Source: Euprymna scolopes
Lineage: Eukaryota
Assembly: GCA_053919585.1 (NCBI GenBank)
Contig: CM132786.1
Direction: 5' to 3' (one strand)
DNA: 64,000 nt
The translations under genes were made by a program, and so were the position numbers. Positions 1 through 10,681 of this stretch are shown here, in pieces. The first letter of the stretch is position 1. Every line of letters begins with the position of its first letter. The notes under the pieces are model-generated. The model ran no database searches, was not told where the DNA came from, and saw only the letters and a list, made by a program, of their open reading frames with translations.

Positions 1-2161
1 GTATAATTATAACGAATGTGCTGATTAAATTGACAGTTCGAATGTCGAGCAGAAGGTTAATAATTCTCTCGTAAGAAACAATCAGACAAATTAATGCAAT
101 GTGGCTAACAATTAATCTCAAATCCATTTTCATAAGTTTTATAGTACGGGCGAATCTGAATTACAAGTAATTAGCTAATTCCTTAATTACTATGCAACCC
201 GCATTGATAATTAAATGTCATATTCTTCCGTGATTAACATCTTGATAAATGTGCATCCGACTCCTTCTTAATAATTACAGGTTATTGTATATAGAACACG
301 GAATTGCATTACCGAAAGATGACTCTTGTATCAGATGGTAAATGAACAAAATACATAATAAGGTAAAATTTCCAATTTAATATCTTTCACGTTATTTCAT
401 TTTACTGGTATATTTTTAATGCAAGGGGAATGCTTAACTTTTAAAATAGGGCATTTTATTAATGTTTTAATGATATATTTTCATATTAGATTTGATTATT
501 TATTTAAGTTTCGTTAATGCAGTATGCATGATTTGATTATTTATTTGAGTTGATGTTGAACATGAGAAAGGCAATGTATATAAAGCAGACTTCATGTATG
601 TTGTTTTTAATCAAAACAGCATGGAAAAATATTTAATGAAGAAAAGGCGATCTTCTTAACAAGATTACACTGTTGTTGGGTTGGGGAGCGATTTCTAATC
701 TGTTTCTGAGTTTGCACATCTTAATAATATTGTATTCCCTGTAGAAAGTAACAATAGACCGATCAGATTAAGAAAGATAACGAACACCGCCGGTGTTTAA
801 ATCTTATTGCACAGGCATTTGTTCCTTCTCATCACATTTAAATCTGCGGCCGATTTCTCGCTTAAATTAATCATAAAGATGGAGATATAATATGATCCTA
901 ACGATCGCTAAGAGAGAATCGATGTATACAGACAGAATAATATGTTGTATAACTTGGGGAACAACAAAACTTAAGATAAGATACGCTAAAAAGTGAATGT
1001 TTACGATTAGACGGGCGAAAGTTTAATATTTTAAGCACTGAGACATTGCAATTGCAGTAAGATGTGGAAGGATAATATCCCACAGGAATAACAGAAAAAT
1101 CAATTAATATACATGTTGTTTCAACAGTCAAAACTAATTCAGCTGAAATTTGCGTTTTTTTAAATAACAACCGTAGACTTAATTTTTGTCGTCATCAGAT
1201 ATATATATATATATATATATATATATGCTTCCATGTTATGTATAATATTTTTCCTGTAAAATATACAATTAAGAAGAAACCTCATTTGCATATTGCATTA
1301 ACGAAACTCAATTTTACTAAATAGCGGCATTTTAGATAATGTTTCTAGCAAAATAATTTTTTTAAATGATCTATTCAATTTCGGATTTAATAAAAATTAA
1401 ATAACAATTTTATTGATAATAGATTTAATTTAAGCTATTTAGAATTATTTCCGACATTGACTCTTTTAATGAAGTAGAGTTATCCCCTCCTAGAAACACG
1501 GAACATAACATAATTTGGTAATCTCAGTAAGTTTCTAGCGAGAAACATAATTCAATGTAGACAGCAATTGTTTTTTAAAGCATACAAAAAAAACACTTAC
1601 GAATAAACTGGCAAAATGATTTGTTTGCTTTAAATATTCTTGAACCGGCTATACGAAAACTTTGACCGCTTAGAATTCAAACTTCAGCAAAACTTTTAGA
1701 AATAAAACCCCCTCCAAAAACAATAAACAGTTCCACAACAATTCATGCCTTAAAATGTAAATAGAAAATTAGCTTTATTTACGAATAAAAAGCTATTGGA
1801 TAAAAACATTCATTAAAAACAATATTACGGATTGGTTAAGCTTAATTTGTTTCGGTCGATCGGGTATTCTGCTGCTAATTTAATTAAAACAAAATTCTTT
1901 TTGATTTATTTAATTCATCTGTTTTTTTTCACGCATGGACAAAAAAAATGGAGAATATCCAGAGAATAGATTCTAATCTTTGTATCCCTTCTACCGAAAT
2001 ATGGTATCACGTACTTCTTTTTTTCTGGGCGATAACATTTACATGTTTTTATGTGTTCTTTTATTTTTGAAATAGTTGTTCATGATGATAATAATTAATA
2101 CTTTTGTGTGTGGTCAAATGGGACTTCCTGTAAACGCGAGCAATGGCAAATACGTATGATA

Positions 2162-2234
<73 letters not shown>

Positions 2235-2329
2235 TATATATATAATTACAATTAAATTTACCAAAATGATACAAGATTGTAAAAGTAAAGAATATTATAA
2301 ATATGAAAAAAATAATATTTATAAAGTAA

Positions 2330-3100
2330 TCTAAACCAGATGTAAACACTCGGTAAAACAGCATAGGAGATAGAGCTCATAACAAGAGCAAATACTTAAA
2401 AAAACATGTTAAAAACACTTTGAAAAATGGTTAAAACATATTTCATCTGAAAAAGGAAAAAACTAAATAAGTGGATAGACCTTACTCCGCAGAGTTACGA
2501 AGAAATACTTTTATTCTCATCAGATGGTATGAATTAGCAAAATCCGGGATCGGATTTTGCATTCAAAAATATTTGATAAAACTGCAAGTAAGTCAAAGAT
2601 CTTACTTGATAAAAAAATTGAAGCAGAGGGAATATGGTTAATAAAAAGTTATTACACATGAATAGAGAGTCTGGTAAAGGGTATTTATCCAATGACAGTA
2701 AAATCGAAAAGGATAAATCCAAGGAAGTTAATTGAATTTCAATTCGCACAAGTAAACTCACAGGAAATCACGTAATTTGAAGATGCTCCAAAATAATCCA
2801 AAAGGCCGAAATAAATGGAATACTTCACAGATGCGTACAAAGAAAAGGGGAAAATCCAATAATATTAATTAAAGAGAATAAGATATGGGTTAGAAACGGC
2901 TGCTGAGACAAAATGTAATTAAGAAAGATCAGTGAAGATAAAAAATTAAATGTTGATAGAATTAAATATAAAAGTGAAATGCAAATAGTAAAATGGTCCA
3001 GACAAAATGATGTTAAAATGCGCGAAAAATAAAGGGCAAAAGATAGGTCAACTGAAATGTACAGGCTATTACTTAAGAAAATGTAAACAAAAGTTGGTAA
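2330..3100 (+). pseudogene. Possible highly decayed LINE (RTE-like) APE endonuclease fragment
   Basis: Hand translation across frameshifts near 2800-2900 gives KGRNKW..SQM..K...ILIKENKIWVRN, resembling the APE motif 'WTWxSP...QIDYIL...VxN'. Many stops. Confidence 0.3.
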
Positions 3101-3529
3101 AAGACACTAATTGGAAAAAAATTATTAATAAATAAATTAATAAAAAATTAATAAAAAATAAATAATAAATAAAAAAAATAAAATGTATAATAATTCTTAA
3201 GGGGAGAGGATGGCCGGAATCTGCAACTTTCAGATAAAGCAAGTAAGTATGTTAGTAACTGCATGTAGTAAAATATAAGTAGATATACATTCATGATATG
3301 ACTGTATGAGTAGATTTATATATTTTAAAGATAGGGATATTTAAAGTCTAAAACGAAGATTGCAGATAAAAAACGGCCAAACAAAGGAGAACTAAATAAT
3401 TAATATAAAGGATTATTTAGTTGTAAAGTATTAAGAAAGTATGTTGAAAAAACGATAAGGTTAAAGGAAAATTATATATCGATCTGAAAGGTTATAGTAA
3501 TAAGTATGTAATTTAAAAATTATCATAAT

Positions 3530-3970
3530 TAAATACGAAATTATGTTTACAAAAAAGATATCAGTTCGTTTTTAGAATGCATTAATTGTTACTTTGAGGG
3601 AAGTAATTATAGCTATAGCTTCGGTTGTGCACAGGCGACAAGAATTAGAGCCTGGAGTTGTAATACTTACCTTGTTTATGATAGTCCATTGGATTGAGAA
3701 GGGGGTATTTTTAGAGCTATGTGTTTTAATTAAAGTGGCTGGAGAAGGTATTTGGTTATTATTAGAATCCTGGTTTTTAAAAGAAGAAATATGGTTTTAT
3801 ATTATTTTCTTAATTAATGTTGAAGTAGCGCCGATATATTTCTGTACTTTACTAAAAACTGGAAGGCTGATATTAATATTAATCTGCTGATATATATTAG
3901 TTAAATAGTTTGAATTGTGTTCATAGTGTTCAACAAACGGTGGGACAATGCACCATGAGTGTGTTGGAGG
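3530..3970 (-). pseudogene. Penelope-like element GIY-YIG endonuclease fossil (Neptune-like C-terminus)
   Basis: Minus strand reads IYQ...KYIGATSTLIKK..NHISSFKN...FSIQWTIINK...PGSNSCRLCTTEAIAII...NEL...CKH, matching the PLE GIY-YIG pattern. Confidence 0.7.
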
Positions 3971-4033
3971 GGATAATGAGTGTTGTTAGTGTTAGGATGA
4001 TTGCAAGGAGAAATATTATTATTATTATTACTA

Positions 4034-4068
<35 letters not shown>

Positions 4069-4103
4069 TTATTATTATTATTATTGCTAGTTGTAATATT
4101 GTA

Positions 4104-4355
4104 GATGGGGGGGTTGTTCGAGTGGTATATTGGATTAGTAACTATATCCGATGGAGGATAGGAAAAAAAGATAACTTGAAGACGAAATATAAGTGTCTGT
4201 TATGGGAGGATTGCGTAGGAGTTCAATAATTGTGCAAGAATATATAACATCTTTATGTAACAGACACTAATATTTCTTCTTCAAGTAATCCTTCTTCCCA
4301 TCCTCCATCTGATTTAGTTATTAATCCAATATACCACTCGAACAGCCCCTCCATC
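4104..4355. repeat. Inverted repeat with ~100-bp arms (4104-4202 / 4258-4355)
   Basis: The left arm gatgg..gttcgagtggtatattggatta..gatggaggat..cttgaaga.gaaatat..gtgtctgtta is the reverse complement of the right arm, about 85% by eye. The right arm runs into an N gap. Confidence 0.92.
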
Positions 4356-5519
4356 NNNNNNNNNNNNNNNNNNNNNNNNNNNNNNNNNNNNNNNNNNNNN
4401 NNNNNNNNNNNNNNNNNNNNNNNNNNNNNNNNNNNNNNNNNNNNNNNNNNNNNNNNNNNNNNNNNNNNNNNNNNNNNNNNNNNNNNNNNNNNNNNNNNNN
4501 NNNNNNNNNNNNNNNNNNNNNNNNNNNNNNNNNNNNNNNNNNNNNNNNNNNNNNNNNNNNNNNNNGTTTTTTTTTTTGAGAATTTTCTATACTAGATAGA
4601 CTTAGTAAAGTGTTCTATGTCTGTATATAAGCGGTTGGCATTTTTTTGGAAAAATACGTTTTTTTTTCTTTAGTATTTCCGTCAATGAATTCACTTTCGA
4701 CAATTTAAATAGTTTTCCTCATACTCTCGCTTTACTAAATATTTCTTCTTCATGTGAATAATTTGGAGTTACGTATTGTACACAATTATTTAATATTCTA
4801 AGTGTCTAAGTGTATATGCGTTCGTTTCGAAAAGCGTACTTTGTTTTAGAGAAGGATAATTTTCACTTTAATTATTAGTATTTCGAAACATTGCTAGCAA
4901 AACATGTTTACCAATAGTAGTATAGACACTAGTATGTTGAGAGTGTAGGTAGCATTGTCATAAAATTTGCCCAAATGTAAATGTAAATTTGATAAATGCG
5001 TTCAGGTTTTCCTCCCCTTAACGTTTGCGGACGAGGTATTGTTCATGATATGGTTGGGATTATAGTTTAGGGTAAGAGACTGGAGCTTAAGTGGCTGATA
5101 TTTGAGGATCCTCTACGACTTAAAAAATGTACGTTTACTGGTAATTATTTACATAGTCTTTCCGAAATTGAAAGATTGTAATAGGCATGAAATTAAAAAA
5201 AATGTAAACATAACTTCTCTTTAATTTATAAACTCTTAACGAATAATTAGTTCTCATCCAAAGAAATTTGTCAAAATTCGAGAATGGGATGTTTTCGGAA
5301 TCGGGAAATGGAAGAATATGAGTAAGATAAGTAAGAAGAATCAATCTCGGTCACGACTGATGGGGGGGGGAGTATTTGTATTAAGATGCCGGTCTAAAGT
5401 TACATAATAGAGTTGTTTATAATCTCGACGTAATTATTTTGTTTGTAGCATCTTTTGGAGAAAGCTTATTGTACTTTGGTTCGGAGAGAAATTTCCGGAA
5501 TCAAACAAGTATACATGGA

Positions 5520-5522
<3 letters not shown>

Positions 5523-5609
<87 letters not shown>

Positions 5610-5990
5610 ATAGCGTCTGTGTACATTTCCCTACGCAATAACTCTGTCAATTTTTAGCCTACTGACTCGAAATTTTATATACAGGGTACTGAGTTTCGGG
5701 AAAATCTACGTCATCGGGTTTCGGCCAGATATTTGATGTTAAGGGGTCAAAATTAAACAATTTGAGCATTGAAGAAATCTATCAAACACACCCGACAATT
5801 TTGAGTCTAAACACTTGAAATTTTAGATACATATTCCTTGCACACGGATCTAATTTAATAATTGGATGTGAGCCCAAAACAGTAAATGATAAGGGGTCAT
5901 AATAGGGGTCAAAGTTAAAAAGAATGTCGTTTTTTGGGAGGCTCAGCATATATTTCCAAACACCCGAGCAACGCCGGGCACCCATGCTAG
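5523..5990 (+). mobile_element. Non-autonomous Helitron
   Basis: 3' end cccgagcaacgccggg (hairpin) - cacccatg - CTAG (5987-5990) followed by T. Helitron-like leader after (TA)n(TG)n; the 5' TC is obscured by the microsatellite. Confidence 0.6.
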
Positions 5991-6062
<72 letters not shown>

Positions 6063-6118
6063 GGTGTGTGGGTGTGTATGTGTGTTTGTGGGTATGTGCC
6101 TGTGTGCATGGATTCATA

Positions 6119-7376
6119 CTAGTTTCTTAAGTAAGTTTCTCTTTTTAGTGGAATATAAAATTAGCGTAGACACTTAAAAACCGTATTATATTGCGATATA
6201 TTTTATGGGAGCAGTAGCCAATTTATCTGATTTCCGGTTGAAACAAGCAGTTGAAGAAGGAATTGGAATACACTGTACTAAATCTTTATTATCACAGCTA
6301 GTGAATTTAAAAAATGCAACTAAACGTTAATATATATTTGAAAAACGATATACAATAAATTTCTGTTTTTAACGGGGAAAATGATACACACATTACATAA
6401 TTCTTCAGAAAGCTTTGCAACAATTTGGTCTTTATCAAACTTCATGTTTTTGTGTGGGATAAAATATTAAATGATGATATTAAGTCTGTTAATGATGGTG
6501 AGAAATGTGAGGAGAAAGAAAATCAAGACACCAGTATTGCTTGGCCAAATAAACAAGTTAATGGATAAGTATCCTCGGGCGGCTCTAGAGACAATTGACA
6601 AGGAACAGAAGATGCTGAAGTTTTGCGCGAATTTTGTTCCAGAGGTGCTCTGAGATGTTCAGAAAAAATACGTATCATGACAGCATGGAGACAGTCGAAC
6701 TGATCAATTCAGTTCCCATAGCACTTGATGATATAGTTATCTGCTATGAAAGCGCATCATAGTCCTTTGACCAAGGGATCAGGAAACAGTGTACCTCTGC
6801 CAGACTATAACAGGCTGGTCAGACTAAATAAAAGCAGAAACATATGCTGATCACTTTTTTGAGAGCACGGCCATGCTTTACATGCACTGGCTTCTCAATG
6901 AGAAGATATTAAAAATACAAATGTTTTCCTATTGAAAGATTATAGGATGATATTCAGTCGAAAGACTCAAGAAACCTTTAAATCGAGGCTATGATATTTC
7001 CACCACGACAATGCACGTCCACAACTCGATCCATGTCACAGGCTCATTTACCAATGTTAGAAAAGTATACTCGTCACTCTCCTTATAGCTCAGACCTTGC
7101 CCCCCGTTTGGTTTTTTTTATTTCTGTTGCTTAGGGAAACAACTAAGTTGCTTTTTTCATAAGACAAGTGTGTAGATAGAAAAGGTGCGGTTTCGAATGT
7201 AATTGACACGCTCACACAAGACGAATTTTCTGCGGCTTTCCAAAAGTTGTTTGAAAGATACAAAAGTCTATTACAGCCGGTGGAGAATCTTTAGAAAAGG
7301 ACAATATTTTTATATTTGTACTACAAATAAAACTGCTCATACGAAATACATATGGAAACTTATTGCAGGCATCTCC
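6119..7376 (+). mobile_element. Full-length but decayed mariner (DD34D) element, ~1.26 kb
   Basis: Fossil peptides LLGQINKLMDK, MLKFCANFVPEVL (WVPxxL motif), FHHDNARP, HSPYSSDLAP and IDTLTQDEF.AAFQKLFERY. Degenerate TIRs with TA at 6117-18 and 7377-78. Confidence 0.85.
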
Positions 7377-7422
7377 TAACATGCGTGATAACAAAAATGG
7401 CATGATGAAAACATTGCATGAA

Positions 7423-7505
<83 letters not shown>

Positions 7506-9215
7506 GTATTACATGAGAACAATTCCTGAATATGATATTATCGCATCAATCGATAAATTGATTAATACGTGCATGCAATGGATTTAAAAATAAAACATCG
7601 CTGTGATTGTTTTCACTGATTCAATTAAATCCTATTTTGATTGTAAGCTTTTCTCGTTATACGACACGACAGATCTCAAATAAAACCAGAATCGATTTGA
7701 CTATTGCAAACTCGGTGCATTAGTTAAAATAATTTAGTTGAGTTTTACTGCAATCATGCACATTAAAAAGTTGAAAACTTTTACGGCAATCATATTATTC
7801 CTGTTGTACATGACACCAGGAAATGTAATTCACATTTACATCGAGTAGAATTTAATTAAGATTAATTCCAGATGTAAATTATCCCGATGCACAGTTTTTG
7901 TTTGCCGAAATCAACAGTATATTGTATCGGATTTAGCGACTTTAAATGTAAGTTAAATGACAATGTAAACAATTCCACTGTGTTAAAATGTTAAAACTTT
8001 AAATGATGCATGTTATAGAAGTGCTCGCTTCACACTCTTGATCAGCTACTAGTAATGTAATTGTGATTATATTTTTGTTTGTTTGTTTATAAAGTATTCA
8101 GGAGATATAATTTTATTTAGGAAATTTTAGATGAATTGTACAGGTTAATATAAAAAAAACAGAAGGATTTTCGATGAAGTTACACGTAAAGTGTAACCCA
8201 TAAATTAGGTAAATGATATTTCATTCGTGTTTCATGTGCTGATGTAAAATTATTAATAATCCCCTCACATCTTTGTAAATAACAAGTTAGTCACTACTTT
8301 TGAAAGTACCGTTTTAATATTTTNNNNNNNNNNNNNNNNNNNNNNNNNNNNNNNNNNNNNNNNNNNNNNNNNNNNNNNNNNNNNNNNNNNNNNNNNNNNN
8401 NNNNNNNNNNNNNNNNNNNNNNNNNNNNNNNNNNNNNNNNNNNNNNNNNNNNNNNNNNNNNNNNNNNNNNNNNNNNNNNNNNNNNNNNNNNNNNNNNNNN
8501 NNNNNNNNNNNNNNNNNNNNNNNNNNNNNNNNNNNNNNNNNAAAATGTGTCTACAATTAAATAATGTTCTTTTAATAAAAGTTTACTTATTAATGGCGCT
8601 ATGATACATGTTAACCGTCTCACACCATTACAATAGCCCCTGTAATAAGTAATACATATACTCCCAATCCATAAATTACATAACAAACAAAACACTCATT
8701 TCATTTCTGTTACAAACCTATATTTGAATTTAAACAGATATATCTTTTTTTTTCGAGTGAGAATATTAAGTGCGTTCATATTTTTTTAAAATTACAAAAA
8801 TGACTATATGAAGTCACTAAAATTTCCCTCTCTTTACCAGCGCCATCCCTCACTCCTTTTTAAATTTCCAACGTCTTTTTCCGTTTTTCTAAAATAGAAC
8901 TGCGTCACATTTTGCACATGAAATATTTTAAATATTTTGTACTGGTATTTTTTTGTTTCCTAATCTCATTCATCCAAAGGAAGTCTCGGAATAAAGACGA
9001 AGCGTTGATGAATTCATAATACGGTTTGTTCCTTTTTATTTCTCTATTTTGTCGGAATGCTTTTTNNNNNNNNNNNNNNNNNNNNNNNNNNNNNNNNNNN
9101 NNNNNNNNNNNNNNNNNNNNNNNNNNNNNNNNNNNNNNNNNNNNNNNNNNNNNNNNNNNNNNNNNNNNNNNNNNNNNNNNNNNNNNNNNNNNNNNNNNNN
9201 NNNNNNNNNNNNNNN

Positions 9216-9626
9216 TATCATGTTTAGTGTAACGCATGTAAGGAGGTACCTGTAATAAATTTCCAAATTTATTTCCTATGAGCAGTTTTATTTGTAGTAC
9301 ACATATACCACTCTCGGCCCTTACTAAATATTCTCCACCGGTTGAAACACTTGTGTACCTTTGCAACAACATTTGGAAAGCCGCAAAAAAGTCGTCTTGT
9401 GTGAGCGTCTCAATTACCTTCGAAACCACCAGTGTTCTATCTCCACCTTTGTCTCATTACAGCAACCTCTAAGTTTTTCCATTCAGCAACAGGAATAACA
9501 AAAACCAACAGTGGGCAACGTCTGAACTATAAGGGGAGTGAAGAGTATATTGTTTCAGATTTTAGTACAGGAGACTCTGAGAACGATAGATTTATGGGCG
9601 TGTATTGTCGTGCTTGAAATCTCACA
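9216..9626 (-). mobile_element. 3' third of a second copy of the same mariner, inverted
   Basis: ORF 8905-9429(-) reads VIETLTQDDFFAAFQMLLQRY..GGEY. The reverse complement aligns with ~6990-7415. Confidence 0.85.
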
Positions 9627-10681
9627 TAATAACGCACGAATCTGCCAAGATTGTATAATGTGATACACACCACCGAGTATATTGCTAGACGAATTAGCAT
9701 AGCGGTCCATCGTCGTATAGACTAGAGTATAAATGAAAGAGAGAGAGAGAGAGAGAGAGTGAGTGATTGAGAGTGAGATTTAGGGGAAGAGATCCATGAG
9801 GGGAGTGAGTGAAGAAAGAAGTTTTACGTTAGTTGAATTTCCGTAGCTGACTAAATATAATTGCAGGAGAAATGACTTAATATAATATCGGTATTGTCCC
9901 GAAATGCAAAGGTAATGTAGATAATTAAGAAAAAAAATAGAATCAAATCGATATGTAAATAAATGGCGGCAAGTTGATAATTGTAGAACCTTTCATTAAA
10001 TGATGGAAACTGTGAATAGCACAGTATAAGAATGGTTATGTCACAGCCAATCAGCGTTGATGGAATTCGGTAAAGGAAAAAAGTATTATTTAGGGATAAG
10101 AAAAAATGTAAACTTTATTTCATGTGTGTGCGTAATATAAACATATAAGAGTGAGATAAATCGGGCAGAAGAGGAATATGTAGCTATGGTAGCGGTGGCT
10201 TGCTGGAGAGGTGAGAAAACACATTAGGTAGAGAGAAAAATAGGTACAACTTCCTCTAAAGGTGGAATGATACTCATCAGGTCGTCCGTCGGAAATAACA
10301 TAGTATCTGTATGTAACACCTAAATGTGCAGAATATACGTTCTAAAGATTCATAAGATATATAGGTTAGATGTAATAAACATGAATATGACGTGTTGTCG
10401 CAAAACTACGGTAATCTTGTTCTGAGGGAAATTTCTGAAATCAAATTGTAATATATAGAATTATTCGAATACGGTCGGCAATTATTAGTATGTGTGAAAA
10501 GGTAATAAGAAGGAACCGTCTTTAGAACATGCCCCTTGAATACCTTTCTTTTATTTTCATCGGCATTCGTAAAGTGAACCAGTTTTAAACCGACTCGATT
10601 GAGGTTCTCTCATTTTAGACCCCTTTTTCTCCTTCTTTCCTGCCTTCGCTCTCTCTCTCTCTCTGAATCTCTCTCTCTCTA

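Noticed and set aside
1165-1200. Minus-strand CTGATGA-cgac..gtc hammerhead-like start
   Set aside because: The GAAA core is missing and no PLE ORF is adjacent; too degenerate to call.
2061-2364. ORFs rich in YIYIYI, also at 5439, 5782, 7363, 14399, 25381, 32411, 46296 and 55280
   Set aside because: Translations of (TA)n microsatellites, not genes.
8294-9266. ORFs containing X runs (here and at the other gaps)
   Set aside because: They are open only because N gaps contain no stop codons.
9659-10318. TG...CA block resembling a solo LTR
   Set aside because: No convincing TSD and no second copy in the window.
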